Origin: Thermoplasmata archaeon
GTDB lineage: Archaea; Thermoplasmatota; Thermoplasmata; Lutacidiplasmatales; UBA184
DNA: 64,000 nucleotides
Direction of reading: 5' to 3'
Assembly (NCBI GenBank): GCA_030038655.1
Contig: JASHSP010000113.1
Coordinates: forward strand, 5,420 to 69,419
The translations under genes and the position numbers were made by a program. Below, one piece after another: positions 36,654 through 46,886 of the stretch; position 1 is the first letter of the stretch, and each line of letters starts with the position of its first letter. Under the pieces are notes generated by a model. That model was not told the origin of the DNA and did not search any database. It worked only from the letters and a program-made list of their open reading frames with translations.

Positions 36654-38539
36654 AGGTCGGCCTCGAGGTCCACCAGCAGCTCCTCACCGGCAAGCTGTTC
36701 TGCCGCTGCCCCGCGGAGCTGTCGGACGAGACCGGGGGCTCGTTCGTCCGCCGCCTCCGACCGTCGAGCGGCGAGGACCGCCGGGTCGACGCGGCGGCCG
36801 CCTTCGAAGCGTCCCGGGGATACTCGTTCCGCTACGAGACCGGACCCGTCGACTGCCTCGTGGAGATGGACGAGGAGCCGCCCCGACCGCTCTCCGAGGA
36901 GGCGCTGGACGTCGCCCTCACCCTCGCACTGCTCCTCGACGCGCGGCCGGTCGACGAGGTCGAGGTGATGCGCAAGATCGTCGTGGACGGGTCGAACACC
37001 TCGGGGTTCCAACGGACGGCCCTGGTCGCGGTGGACGGGGCGATCGAGGTCCGGGGGAAGCGCCACGAGATACTGTCGATCTGCCTCGAGGAGGACGCCG
37101 CCCGAAAGGTCCGCGAAGGGAGGGACGAGGTCGTCTACCGACTCGACCGGCTGGGCATCCCGCTGGTCGAGATCGCCACCGGCCCGGACATCCAGTCCGG
37201 GCCCGAGGCCCGGGAGGTTGCCGAGGAGATCGGCGCGCTCGTCCGGGCGACCGGGCGGGCCCGTCGGGGGATCGGTGCCACGCGCGAGGACCTCAACGTC
37301 TCGATCGAGGGGGGGCACCGTATCGAGATCAAGGGAGTACAGGAACTCCGGAAGATCTCCGAGTACGTGGAGGGGGAGGGGGGTCGCCAGCGAGCCCTGC
37401 TCGCGGTGCGGGACGAACTGCGGGGGAGGGGCGCTGCCGTTCCGCCCGGCGCCCCGACCGATGTCGCCGCTCTGTTCGGATCTATCTCCTCCGGCCCGCT
37501 CTCGGCCGCCGCCCGGCACGGCGGTCCGGTGCTGGCGCTCCCGCTCCCCGGATTCGCCGGTCTCCTGGGGCCCCGGCCGGGGACCGAGGAACGCCTCGGT
37601 CGCGAGCTGGCCGAGCAGGCTCGCGCGGTGGGGCTCCGAGGGCTGGTCCACTCCGACGAGCTGCCCGGGTACGGCGTGACGTCCGAGCTTCTCGCGCGGG
37701 TTCGGTCGGAGCTGGGGCTCGCCGACCGGGACGGCTTCGTCCTCATCGCGGATGCGTCCCCCGAACGGGCCCGGACGGCGATCCGGCGGGTGGCGGAGCG
37801 AGCGGGCGCCGCGGTCGAAGGGATCCCCGGCGAGACCCGGGACCCGCTGCCGGACGGTCGAACTCGGTACTCGCGCCCGCTGCCCGGCCGCCACCGGATG
37901 TACCCCGAGACCGACATCCCCCCGATCCCGATCCCCGACGCCCGGCTCCGGCGGCTCCGAAGCGGGCTGCCCGAGCGGCCCGCGGCCCGGCTGGCCCGCC
38001 TCGAGTCCCAGCACGGGCTCAGCCGCGACCTCGTGCGGCAGCTCGTGTACGGGGGAGTGGCGGACTCCTTCGAGACCCTGACGGCCCGGGGACACGCCGC
38101 GGCGATGGTCGCGCGCCTGCTCGTGCAGGACGTTCCCGCGGTCCCCGCGCGGAGCGACGGCACGGCCTTCGAACCGTCGCTCGAGCAGCTCGGCCAGATC
38201 CTGTCGGCGGCAAGCCGGGGTCGGATCGGGAAGGAAGGCATTCCGAGCGTTCTCCGGGCCCTGGCGTCGGGTTCCCCCGACGTGGACTCCGCGATCGCGA
38301 CGACCGGCCTGGAAGGGCTCTCGCCGGACGGCCTCGCATCGCTCGTCGACCGGATCGTGCGGAACCAGGCTTCGATGGTCCGCGCTCGGGGCGGCGAGGC
38401 GTTCTCACCCCTGATGGGCGACGTGATGAAGGAGGTCCGGGGCCGCCGCGACGGGCGCGAGGTCGCCGACGAGCTGCGGAAGGCGATCGCCCGGGTCCTC
38501 GGCGAGACGTCCTCCGCGCCCCCGGGAGCGGGGACGTGA
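36650..38539 (+). CDS. gatE: Glu-tRNA(Gln) amidotransferase subunit E
   Basis: VKVGLEVHQQL..KLFC, MRKIVVDGSNTSGFQRT, LDRLGIPLVEIAT, RMYPETD; GTGA overlap with gatD. Confidence 0.95.
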   Translation: MKVGLEVHQQLLTGKLFCRCPAELSDETGGSFVRRLRPSSGEDRRVDAAAAFEASRGYSFRYETGPVDCLVEMDEEPPRPLSEEALDVALTLALLLDARPVDEVEVMRKIVVDGSNTSGFQRTALVAVDGAIEVRGKRHEILSICLEEDAARKVREGRDEVVYRLDRLGIPLVEIATGPDIQSGPEAREVAEEIGALVRATGRARRGIGATREDLNVSIEGGHRIEIKGVQELRKISEYVEGEGGRQRALLAVRDELRGRGAAVPPGAPTDVAALFGSISSGPLSAAARHGGPVLALPLPGFAGLLGPRPGTEERLGRELAEQARAVGLRGLVHSDELPGYGVTSELLARVRSELGLADRDGFVLIADASPERARTAIRRVAERAGAAVEGIPGETRDPLPDGRTRYSRPLPGRHRMYPETDIPPIPIPDARLRRLRSGLPERPAARLARLESQHGLSRDLVRQLVYGGVADSFETLTARGHAAAMVARLLVQDVPAVPARSDGTAFEPSLEQLGQILSAASRGRIGKEGIPSVLRALASGSPDVDSAIATTGLEGLSPDGLASLVDRIVRNQASMVRARGGEAFSPLMGDVMKEVRGRRDGREVADELRKAIARVLGETSSAPPGAGT

Positions 38540-39276
38540 GCCCGCGGCGACGTTCGACGACGAGCTCGGCGGGCCCGTGGTCGCGGGCGCGACTCCGGGC
38601 CGTAGTGACCGACGTCGACGGGACCCTCACCGACGCGCGGCGTCGGCTCGACCCGCGGGCGCTGGACGCGGTGCGCCGGCTCGAGTCCGGAGGGATACCG
38701 GTCGTCCTCTCCACCGGCAACGTCCTCCCGATCTCCCTGGCCCTCCACCGATTCCTCGGGCTCTCGGGCCCGATCGTCGCGGAGAACGGCGGGATCGTGT
38801 ACCGTAGGGAGGGAGGCCGGGACGTCGTGGTGCACCGGGCCGACCCGCGGGTAGCCCGCGCCGCGTTCCGGGCGGTGCGGCGGGCGGGGATACCGGCGCG
38901 GCGGCTGTTCACCGACCGCTGGCGCGAGACGGAGGTCGCTCTCGAGCCGGGCGTATCGCTCGCCGCGGTCCGTCGCGCCGTGGCCGGCCGCCGCGTGACG
39001 GTGGAATCGACCGGTTACGCAATCCACCTGATGGAGCGTGGCGCCGGCAAGCTTCCGGCGCTCCGGTTCGCCCTCGGACCGCTCGGGCTGACGCCGGCCG
39101 ACTGCGTGGTGCTGGGCGACGGCGACAACGACGTCGCGATGCTGCGCGCGGCCGGGTTCGCGGTCAGCTTCCCGTCCGCGAGCCCCCGGGCCCGGGCGGC
39201 GGCCCGGTACCTCACCCGCTCGAGCTTTTCGGGCGGATTTGTCGAAGGCCTTAAGGCGGCTCACCTCCTCGGCTGA
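38536..39276 (+). CDS. HAD-family phosphoglycolate phosphatase-like hydrolase
   Basis: DVDGTLT, STGN, AENGG, GDGDND motifs. Confidence 0.85.
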   Translation: MSPRRRSTTSSAGPWSRARLRAVVTDVDGTLTDARRRLDPRALDAVRRLESGGIPVVLSTGNVLPISLALHRFLGLSGPIVAENGGIVYRREGGRDVVVHRADPRVARAAFRAVRRAGIPARRLFTDRWRETEVALEPGVSLAAVRRAVAGRRVTVESTGYAIHLMERGAGKLPALRFALGPLGLTPADCVVLGDGDNDVAMLRAAGFAVSFPSASPRARAAARYLTRSSFSGGFVEGLKAAHLLG

Positions 39277-39300
39277 ACGTCCCCGCCGGGAGGGAATCCG

Positions 39301-39516
39301 ATGCTCGTCGGCCAGTGCGCGCGATGCGGTGCACCGGCGACGCTGGGGTGCACGATCTGCGGCCGGACCTTCTGCCGCGAACACCTCGACTCGGACGAAC
39401 GGGTCTGCGCGGACTGCCTCGCGAACCAGAAGCGGGCGCGGAGCCCCATCGAGGTCCGATCCCCGCCGTCGCGGCGAATCGCGCGCCGTCCGCCCGCCCC
39501 CGGACGGACGCAGTAA
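39301..39516 (+). CDS. small zinc-finger protein
   Basis: CARC..CTICG..FCREH...CADC; GGAGG RBS. Confidence 0.7.
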   Translation: MLVGQCARCGAPATLGCTICGRTFCREHLDSDERVCADCLANQKRARSPIEVRSPPSRRIARRPPAPGRTQ

Positions 39517-39522
39517 CCCGGG

Positions 39523-39852
39523 TCAGTCCCCGCGCGGGTAGTCGTATCCGGGCAGGACGATCGCACCCTTCGGCGCGCTCCGGCCGACCAGGAGGAGCAC
39601 GATGCCCATCGCGCCGGTGCCGAGGCCGAAGGCGAGGGTCGCCCAGGCGTACGGCCCGAGCGAGGGCCCGAAGTAGACGCCGAGGAGCCGCATCCCTCCC
39701 TTCGGGGCAAGGTAGTGGAGGAGGGCGTTCGCGACGACCCCGAGCCCCCAGCCGAGGAAGAGCAGCAGGCCCCCCGCGATGAAGTATCCTCGACGCTCGT
39801 CGCCCTGGGGGTCGAACGGCGGGACCGCCGGGGTCTCCTGGATGTCCACCAC
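39523..39852 (-). CDS. small two-TM membrane protein
   Basis: Two hydrophobic helices; TATA-like element upstream. Confidence 0.6.
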   Translation of the reverse strand: MVDIQETPAVPPFDPQGDERRGYFIAGGLLLFLGWGLGVVANALLHYLAPKGGMRLLGVYFGPSLGPYAWATLAFGLGTGAMGIVLLLVGRSAPKGAIVLPGYDYPRGD

Positions 39853-39967
39853 GTCCGGCCGACCGTGCGGCCGTCTATAGTCTCTTCGCCGGGGGGCGGC
39901 CCCGCCCGCCGCGTTCCGCCGCGGCGCGGCCGCCCCCGCCCGGGCCGGGGCGACGGTTCCGAGAGGT

Positions 39968-40010
39968 GTTATGTGATGTATTTATATACAATCGCAAACT
40001 TACTGATTCC
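39968..40010 (+). promoter_or_regulatory. hsp20 promoter (TATA box TTTATATA)
   Basis: AT-rich island with TTTATATA at ~39981; RBS GAGGTG at 40021. Confidence 0.6.
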
Positions 40011-40031
40011 GACAAACGTCGAGGTGCATCG

Positions 40032-40520
40032 ATGACGAAGGATATCCAGAAGACGCCCGGACCGACCGACCTCCCGACCGATTTCGACCGCGCGATCGAC
40101 CTTCTGCGCGAGCGGTTCCTCGACACTTTCGGTTTTGCGCCGTTCGGAGCCCCGTTCGGCGCGGTCGAGAGCGCGGGCGACGGATGCTTCCACCCGGCCC
40201 GGACCGACGTCTCCGATACGGGGAAGTCGTACCGTATCGTTGCCGAGGTCCCCGGGATCCCGAAGGAGAAGCTCGACATCCGCGTCCGCGGGACGAGCGT
40301 CGCGATCCGCGGCGAGAACGTGAAGGAGTCCGCGGCCACCGGCTCCGAGTGGGTCCACCGCGAGCGGACCTACGCCGGCTACCAGCGATCGTTCGAGCTG
40401 CCGGAGCCGGTCGTCGGCGCGCGGGCCACGGCGAAGGTCGAGAACGGCGTGCTGGAGCTCGAGCTCCCGAAGGAGCACCCCACGCCCTCGCCGGACGAGG
40501 TCAAGGTCCCGGTCCCGTAG
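40032..40520 (+). CDS. hsp20: small heat-shock protein Hsp20
   Basis: AEVPGIPKEKLDI, HRERTY..YQRSFELP, AKVENGVLEL alpha-crystallin motifs. Confidence 0.92.
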   Translation: MTKDIQKTPGPTDLPTDFDRAIDLLRERFLDTFGFAPFGAPFGAVESAGDGCFHPARTDVSDTGKSYRIVAEVPGIPKEKLDIRVRGTSVAIRGENVKESAATGSEWVHRERTYAGYQRSFELPEPVVGARATAKVENGVLELELPKEHPTPSPDEVKVPVP

Positions 40521-40563
40521 ACCGGAGCGACATCCCGACCCCCGGGGCCTGCCGCGCGCAGGC

Positions 40564-40587
40564 GGGCCCAGGGGGCCCACCTTTTTT
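40564..40587 (+). terminator. hairpin plus T-tract terminator
   Basis: GGGCCC-AGG-GGGCCC followed by TTTTTT between convergent genes. Confidence 0.6.
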
Positions 40588-40598
40588 CCCCCGCCGGC

Positions 40599-40898
40599 TC
40601 AGCCGAAGCCGGGGAGCGCCTTCGAGTCGCGCCCACCGCCCTGGCGGAGCGGCGCCTTCCGAAGCTCCTTGCCCGCTTCGACGAGTCGGATCAAGGGGGC
40701 GGACTGGACGACGTACGTCGGGAGCCCGGTCGCCGGGTCGTTCCCGGCGCGCAGCACGTTCATGATCTCGAGCCGGACCTCGACCACCGACCCGTCCTTC
40801 AGCTTCAGCCGAAGGCGGCCGTCCCCCTCGACGATCGTGTAGTCGACGATCTCGGCGTTCGAGAGGTCCGGGGCGGGCCCGCCCGTCGGCCCCATCAT
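40599..40898 (-). CDS. hypothetical protein translationally coupled to rpl11
   Basis: ATGA overlap with the rpl11 stop; LKDGSVVEVRL...GLPTYVV. Confidence 0.65.
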   Translation of the reverse strand: MMGPTGGPAPDLSNAEIVDYTIVEGDGRLRLKLKDGSVVEVRLEIMNVLRAGNDPATGLPTYVVQSAPLIRLVEAGKELRKAPLRQGGGRDSKALPGFG

Positions 40899-41371
40899 CG
40901 CGCGCCCCGGGCGGCGATGCGCGACTTCAGGAGCGCGCGGGGGTCCTCCCCTCCGACGGTGATCCCGAGCGAGACGCAGGTCCCGATGACCTGGTTCATC
41001 CTCTCCTCGACCGTCCGCCCGAACAGGTCCTCCCCCTTCGCGTCGGCGATCCGCCGGATCGCCTCCAACGGTACGTCCCCGACCGTCTCGGTCTTCGGTT
41101 TGCCGGAGCCCTTCTCCTTGCCGGCCTCCTTGAGGAGGAGCGCGGCGACGGGGGGCCGGCCGACACTGAGCGTGAACGCGCGCGTCGCGGCGTCGACGCG
41201 GACGACGACCGGAACGCGCATCCCGGCGAACTGCTTGGTCTCCTCGTTGATCTTCGCGACCACCTGGCCGACGTTGACCCCGAGCGGCCCGAGCGCGGGA
41301 CCGAGCGGCGGCCCGGCCGACGCCTTGCCGCCCTCGACCAGGAGGCTCACCTCATCCGCCAGACTTCCCAC
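40895..41371 (-). CDS. rpl11: 50S ribosomal protein L11 (uL11)
   Basis: VEGGKASAGPPLGPALGPLGVN, GTCVSLGI. Confidence 0.95.
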   Translation of the reverse strand: MGSLADEVSLLVEGGKASAGPPLGPALGPLGVNVGQVVAKINEETKQFAGMRVPVVVRVDAATRAFTLSVGRPPVAALLLKEAGKEKGSGKPKTETVGDVPLEAIRRIADAKGEDLFGRTVEERMNQVIGTCVSLGITVGGEDPRALLKSRIAARGAR

Positions 41372-42344
41372 CTCCCTTCTCGAGCATGCGGACGTGGTCG
41401 CCCCGCACCGTGACCGGGATCGGGACGACCGCTTCGATCAGCTCCACCGTGATCTCCTCCTTGGCCTGGTCGATCTTCTTCACGCGCGCCTTCTCCCCCT
41501 TGAACGGTCCCGAGATGAGCTCGACGATCGCTCCCTCGACGAACCCTTCGACGGTGATCTTCGGGACGAGGAGGGGCTCGACCTCCTTGAGGGTCGTCTC
41601 CCCCTCGACGAGGCCGCGGGCCTTGCGGATCCCCTTCAGCATCTCGCGGACCCCCTCGAAGCTCATCCCCTCGGCGAAGACGTACCCGCGGATCGCGGAC
41701 GGGACGAGGAGCGAGAACACGACGTCCGGCTTCTCCTCGGTGCGGGCGAGGAGCGTGTCGGCGACCTCTCGCTCGTAGCCGCGGGAGGTCTTGATCGCAA
41801 GGACCGCCTGCCGGGCGACGCACGCGAGCGTGAGCTTCGGGTTCGCCCCGGCGTCCGGCGACTCGATCTCGAGCCGGACCTCGACGCGGTCCCCGTACCG
41901 CACCCCGACGGGCGCGGTGATCTCGAACGACAGCGGCAGCCCCGCGTTCGGGCCGACGTGGACGTTCTGGCGCTCCTTCCGCGGGAACAGCTCGGCGCGC
42001 CCCCGCTTCCCCGGAGGGGCCCAGCTGACCGGCCATTCTGCCCCCTCGCCGGGGTAGGTCGACTTGTACCCGACCTCGACGGAGAGGGTGGCGTCGATCG
42101 GCTCCGACGATCGGCTCGAGAGGACGGCGGAGAGGGTCGTGACCGTGCCCGCCGTCACCTCGCGCGTGGTGTCGTCCGCGGCCTGGATCGAGAGGAGCCG
42201 GGCCGGCGCGGGCTTCGCGACGGGGGGCGGCGCGGTCGCCACCGGCACCGACGCCGTCGGCACGGCGGGCGACGCCTTCGCGGCCGGTTCCGGGGGGGCC
42301 CCCGAGAGGAGTCCGTTCCCCTGGTCGTTCCCTTCCCCGTCCAT
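41352..42344 (-). CDS. spt5: transcription elongation factor Spt5/NusG with ~180-aa N-terminal extension
   Basis: NGN domain (GYEREVA, RGYVFAE) and KOW (VELISGPFKGEKARV). Confidence 0.9.
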   Translation of the reverse strand: MDGEGNDQGNGLLSGAPPEPAAKASPAVPTASVPVATAPPPVAKPAPARLLSIQAADDTTREVTAGTVTTLSAVLSSRSSEPIDATLSVEVGYKSTYPGEGAEWPVSWAPPGKRGRAELFPRKERQNVHVGPNAGLPLSFEITAPVGVRYGDRVEVRLEIESPDAGANPKLTLACVARQAVLAIKTSRGYEREVADTLLARTEEKPDVVFSLLVPSAIRGYVFAEGMSFEGVREMLKGIRKARGLVEGETTLKEVEPLLVPKITVEGFVEGAIVELISGPFKGEKARVKKIDQAKEEITVELIEAVVPIPVTVRGDHVRMLEKGGGKSGG

Positions 42345-42365
42345 CGATCCCCGCCCGCGTCGCCT

Positions 42366-42611
42366 TCAGAGCCGCGACAGGATGTTCGCCCAGAACCACG
42401 GCCCGGCCGACGTGAAGAAGATGTAGATCGCGAACCCGGTAAGGCCGATGAGCACCGCGCCCAGCCACGTGACCCCGAGGACCTTGACGTACTCCTCCGA
42501 GGTCGGGCGGCGGGCCATCCGGAGTATGCGCCCGTACTTGCCGTGGCCGACGCTTCGAAGTCGGGCGTCGACCTCGTCCTGGATGTGACGCGCGCGGTCT
42601 AGGAACGCCAT
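42366..42611 (-). CDS. secE: protein translocase SecE/Sec61-gamma
   Basis: YGRILRMARRPTSEEY followed by TM; conserved ftsZ-secE-spt5-rpl11 order. Confidence 0.9.
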   Translation of the reverse strand: MAFLDRARHIQDEVDARLRSVGHGKYGRILRMARRPTSEEYVKVLGVTWLGAVLIGLTGFAIYIFFTSAGPWFWANILSRL

Positions 42612-42623
42612 GAGGATCGATCT

Positions 42624-43748
42624 CTAGTGAACGACGTCGAGCTCGGGGCCCGCCTTGCGGGCGACCGGGGCCCGACTCGCCCCGCCCGCGAAAATCTGGG
42701 GGGATTTAACGCCCGTCACGACCAGCATCACGCGTATCGTGCTCTGCATCGTCGGGTCGACCGCCGCCCCCCAGATGATGCGGGCGGTCGGACTTACGGT
42801 CTTCTGCACGACCTCGGCGGCCTTCTGGGCCTCGGCCACCGTCATGTCCGGCCCCCCGGTGACGTTGATCAGCGCCCCGGTCGCGCCCGCGATGTCGACG
42901 TGGAGGAGCGGGGAGTTGATCGCCTCCAGGACGGCGTCCTCCGCCCGGTTCTCGCTCTCGGACTCGCCGATGCCGATGAGGGCGACCCCGCCGCCCTTCA
43001 TGATCGTGCGCAGGTCGTTGAAGTCCAGGTTGACCAGGCCGGGCCGCGTGATGATCTCCGTGATCCCGCGGATGGCACGGGCCAGGACCGAGTCGGCGAC
43101 CTTGAACGCGGTCTGGATCGGGAGTCGCGGGACCAGCTCGAGAAGCCGGTCGTTCGGGATCGTGATCACGGTGTCGATGACCTCCCGCAACCGCTCCAGA
43201 CCCCAGCTCGCGTTCTCCTGGCGGACCAGGCCCTCGGACGCGAACGGCAACGTGCAGACCGCGATCGTGAGGGGCGGGGCGCCGCCGGAATCCTTCGCGC
43301 ACTGCGCGACGACCGGGGCCGAGCCGGTGCCGGTCCCGCCGCCGAGACCGAGCGTGATGAACACCATGTCCGAGTTCGCGAGCGTCTTCTTGAGCTCGTC
43401 CTCGGCCTCCTTCGCGGCCTGCTCGCCGACTTGGGGGAGCGCGCCCGCCCCGAGCCCGCGGGTGAGCCGTCGGCCCAGGAGGATCTTGCGCGGGGCATGG
43501 ATCGTGAGGAGATGCTGCGCGTCGGTGTTGCAGGCGACCATCTCGGCGCCCGCGAGGCCCTCCTCGGTGAGCCGGTTGATCGTGTTGCACCCGCCCCCCC
43601 CGCATCCGACGACCTTGATGTTCGTCTTCAGCGAGGCGAGCACCGCCTCGAGCTCGGCGTCGTCGTTCGTCGGCGGCGGAGGGGCGGGAGTCCCCTTCCT
43701 CCCCTCGCCCGGAAGGTGGGCCAGGATCTCCTGAGCGAGCGGTCGCAT
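42624..43748 (-). CDS. ftsZ: cell division protein FtsZ
   Basis: [28 protein letters not shown]. Confidence 0.95.
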   Translation of the reverse strand: MRPLAQEILAHLPGEGRKGTPAPPPPTNDDAELEAVLASLKTNIKVVGCGGGGCNTINRLTEEGLAGAEMVACNTDAQHLLTIHAPRKILLGRRLTRGLGAGALPQVGEQAAKEAEDELKKTLANSDMVFITLGLGGGTGTGSAPVVAQCAKDSGGAPPLTIAVCTLPFASEGLVRQENASWGLERLREVIDTVITIPNDRLLELVPRLPIQTAFKVADSVLARAIRGITEIITRPGLVNLDFNDLRTIMKGGGVALIGIGESESENRAEDAVLEAINSPLLHVDIAGATGALINVTGGPDMTVAEAQKAAEVVQKTVSPTARIIWGAAVDPTMQSTIRVMLVVTGVKSPQIFAGGASRAPVARKAGPELDVVH

Positions 43749-43831
43749 CACGAGAGTATTCCTCGGGACGCGCAGCACCGGCGTCATTATAAAGGGTTGG
43801 CGCAAAGTCGGCGACCTCGGCGGGGCGAGCC

Positions 43832-44572
43832 GTGCGGTACGACGTCTGGGCTCCCCGGTACGCTCGGATCCGGGACGAGTTCGGGTTCCCGTTCGAGCGG
43901 GAGGAGGCCGCGGCGGCGACCCTCGAACGCCTGCTCTCTCCCGCCGACCGTCTCGACCCCCTCGGCCGGATCCGGTCGCGGCTTGCCGGCCACGACGCGA
44001 TCGTGGTCGGGCTCGCGCCGGACGCCGGACCCCCGCCGGTCTGGCGTCTGCCCGCGACGCCGGACCGGCCGGTCCTGATCGCGGCGGACGGCGCCACCGA
44101 GCGGTGTCTCACCGGGGGCCTCGTCCCCGCGGTGGTCGTGACCGACCTCGACGGTCCGGTGCCGTCGGAGGTCACGGCGAACCAGCGCGGGAGCCTCGTC
44201 CTCGTCCACGCCCACGGCGACAACATACCGGCGCTCGAGCGGTGGGTCCCCGAGTTCCCGGGGGAGCTGGCCGGCTCCTGGGCGGGGCCGCCCCGCCCCG
44301 CGCTGCTCAACGTCGGCGGCTTCACGGACGGGGATCGCGCGGCGTACCTCGCGGAGGCCGTCGGGGCCCGGCGGATCCTCCTCTGGGGATTCGACTTCGA
44401 GTCGGTCGAGGAACCGGAAGAAGGGGCGCGGACCCGCAAGCTGGCCAAGTTGGCGTGCGCGCGACGGTTGCTGGAGGAGCTCGCCGCGGCGGGGAGCGTG
44501 CCGGTCCTGCGGTGGTCGCGCGACGGCTCGATCGGTCCCTACGGGACGAGCCGCGACGAGTCGACGAGGTAG
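43832..44572 (+). CDS. mptE: 6-hydroxymethyl-7,8-dihydropterin pyrophosphokinase MptE-like (DUF115)
   Basis: [33 protein letters not shown]. Confidence 0.8.
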   Translation: MRYDVWAPRYARIRDEFGFPFEREEAAAATLERLLSPADRLDPLGRIRSRLAGHDAIVVGLAPDAGPPPVWRLPATPDRPVLIAADGATERCLTGGLVPAVVVTDLDGPVPSEVTANQRGSLVLVHAHGDNIPALERWVPEFPGELAGSWAGPPRPALLNVGGFTDGDRAAYLAEAVGARRILLWGFDFESVEEPEEGARTRKLAKLACARRLLEELAAAGSVPVLRWSRDGSIGPYGTSRDESTR

Positions 44573-46374
44573 ACGACCTCGAGGTCGTTCTCGTACACCG
44601 GGACGAACGGGAGCTTCGGGAGCCACCCGATCGCCGCCGAGCTCAGGGGAAGAGCGAGGGCGGACGGGTTCAGGGCCACGCCGGAGTACATCACCGAGTC
44701 GACGGCGACGTAGTCGATCGGTCGCGGCTCGGCCGGGTTCGGGACGCCCGAACTCACCAGCTCCGCATACGCCGCGGACCAGTTCGCGCCGTTGAACAGC
44801 GCGGGGGTCGTCACCCAGGTCGCGGGGTTGCCGTCGAAGCCGAAGATCATCGAGCTCAGTCGATGGTCCGTCGCGAACGTCGCGGTCGACGGGATCGCGA
44901 TCCCCACCCACATCCAGAGCGCCGCGTCGCCCCGCGTGAGGCCCTCCTCGAAGCCCCCGAAATCCGTCTGGGGGGGGTAGACGATCGCCGCGTTCGCCGC
45001 GACGACCACGACGATCGCGACCGCGGCCGCCACCATCGCCCGCCGGCCCCAACGATCGCCCGTTCGCGCGACGACGCGCGCCGACCCGACGGCCAACAGG
45101 AGCCCGAGCGGGAGGAACAGGTACTCCACGTGTCGCCCGGGGGAGAGCGTGTCGGCGAAGCCGACCGCGACCGAGTACTGCGGGAAGGAGGTCCCGAGCG
45201 ACGCCAGGCCGAGCATCGCCACGGTGGAGAGTCCCAGGGCGCCGAGCCAGGTCAGGCCAAACGGCCCCGCGCGCGCGGGCGAGAGGGTTCGCCGGCTGCC
45301 GGCCCCGAAGAGGGCGAGCCCCATGATCGGCGCGAACCAGAGCAGCGCCGCGGGGCTCGTCGTCTGGCTCGTCCCCGGGATCGGGATGACAAGGAGCAAC
45401 GAGACGCCCCCGCCCACGCCCAGCGCGATGGCGATCGCGTCGCGGAGCGTGCTCCGGTCGGTCGGCAGGCGGACCCACGGCCGGGGTCGGCGGGCCCGGG
45501 ATCGCCGCCACCGGACGAGGAGCGCCGTCGCGCCGACCGCGCCGAGCCCCACGGCCTCGAGGGCGCCGAAGCCCACGTACACGCTCCCTCCGAATCCGGG
45601 CAGGAGCACCTTCGAGACGAACTCGTAGGTGCCGTAGAACCAGAAGCCGAACGTCGCCGTGAGGAAACCCGCCAGGAAGGCGAGCTCGCGGAGCGGTAAC
45701 CGGCGGCTCCAGAGTCCGGGTCGCCAGAGCTCGAGGAAGAGGATGCCGCCGAGCGCGCTGAGGGCGAAGAAGTAGGAGGAAAGGTGATGGGTGAGGATCA
45801 GCGCACCCGCCGTGAGCGAGAGCGGCAGGTACCAACGGCGATCGGTGCGGCTCTCGACCAGCATCCACAAGCAGGCGACGCACAGGAAGTCGCCGAGCGC
45901 GAGCGGCGCGGGGTGCGCGATGGAGAACAGGCGGGGCATCGCCACGGACGAGATCGCCGCCGCGAGGAGGGCGATCGTGTCGTTCGGGTACAGCCGGCGG
46001 AACAGGAGAAAGAGCGGAACGACCGACAGCACCGCGACCACCGGGACGACCACGGTGAGGCCGGTGAACACGCTCGTGTGGAGCGCCTGGGCGGTCCCTC
46101 CGCCGAGGAGGAAGATCCCGGGGAAGTCCGGGTAGGCGGTCCCCCAGCCGGCGTACGCGGCGCCGTGCGGGATCGACCCGGACGCGACGAGGTCGGCGGT
46201 CAGGCGGTAGTACTCGCCGGTGTCGGAACCGAACAACGCGTAGGAGAGGAACGGCTCCAGGGCGACGAAGACGAGGAGCAGCACGAGGCCGGCGAGGAAC
46301 AGCAGGGTCTCGGGCCGCAGGGGTGTTCGGGCGGACGGCGCCGCCCGATTCCCGTCGGGATCGCGGCCGTCCAT
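44539..46374 (-). CDS. polytopic membrane protein, possible GT-C glycosyltransferase
   Basis: GSDTGEYY loop after TM1, many TMs, THHLS motif, C-terminal extracellular domain. Confidence 0.55.
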   Translation of the reverse strand: MDGRDPDGNRAAPSARTPLRPETLLFLAGLVLLLVFVALEPFLSYALFGSDTGEYYRLTADLVASGSIPHGAAYAGWGTAYPDFPGIFLLGGGTAQALHTSVFTGLTVVVPVVAVLSVVPLFLLFRRLYPNDTIALLAAAISSVAMPRLFSIAHPAPLALGDFLCVACLWMLVESRTDRRWYLPLSLTAGALILTHHLSSYFFALSALGGILFLELWRPGLWSRRLPLRELAFLAGFLTATFGFWFYGTYEFVSKVLLPGFGGSVYVGFGALEAVGLGAVGATALLVRWRRSRARRPRPWVRLPTDRSTLRDAIAIALGVGGGVSLLLVIPIPGTSQTTSPAALLWFAPIMGLALFGAGSRRTLSPARAGPFGLTWLGALGLSTVAMLGLASLGTSFPQYSVAVGFADTLSPGRHVEYLFLPLGLLLAVGSARVVARTGDRWGRRAMVAAAVAIVVVVAANAAIVYPPQTDFGGFEEGLTRGDAALWMWVGIAIPSTATFATDHRLSSMIFGFDGNPATWVTTPALFNGANWSAAYAELVSSGVPNPAEPRPIDYVAVDSVMYSGVALNPSALALPLSSAAIGWLPKLPFVPVYENDLEVVYLVDSSRLVP

Positions 46375-46502
46375 CCGGACGGCCGAGGGGCCGTTCTACG
46401 TAAATCGGTGCGCCCGGAGCGGTCGCCGCTCCCTCTCGAGGGGCCGGTTCACCATACGCATAAATAGGAGGGCTTGGTGCGCCCGACTCGAGGGCCCCCT
46501 AG

Positions 46503-46877
46503 ATGGTTACGTCCCGCCGACCGGCCCCGCGTTCGCGGCCGTCCGCGAAGAAGCGCCCGACCGCCCGGCGGCCCGCGCCCCGGAAGCCCGCGAAGGCGGC
46601 CTCGAAAAAGCCGGTCAAGCCGGCGGCGAAGACGGCCCGACGGACCCCTCCGCCGCCGAAGAAGCCGGTCGCCGCACCGGTCGTGAAGGTTCCCGAGCTC
46701 GAAGTACCGCTGCCCGGGGGACGTCGCCACATCCTGTCGCTGTCGTTCGTGCGGGACGGGGACGAGTTCCTGGCGCGGCTGGAGACGGACGCGGGCCACA
46801 TCACGGAACTCAAGAACCGGTCGCTGGACCAGCTGCTCACCCTCGTGGCGAGCGAGCTCGAAGACGTACTCGAGTGA
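46503..46877 (+). CDS. small protein with basic Lys/Arg/Ala/Pro tail and acidic globular C-terminal domain
   Basis: N-half KKPAKAASKKPVK-like; TATA-like ATAAATA at ~46460. Confidence 0.7.
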   Translation: MVTSRRPAPRSRPSAKKRPTARRPAPRKPAKAASKKPVKPAAKTARRTPPPPKKPVAAPVVKVPELEVPLPGGRRHILSLSFVRDGDEFLARLETDAGHITELKNRSLDQLLTLVASELEDVLE

Positions 46878-46886
46878 ATCGGGCGG

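Noticed and set aside
39991..40009. AATC...GATT dyad after the hsp20 TATA box as a heat-shock operator
   Set aside because: Only 4-bp arms and no match to archaeal heat-shock operators I can recall
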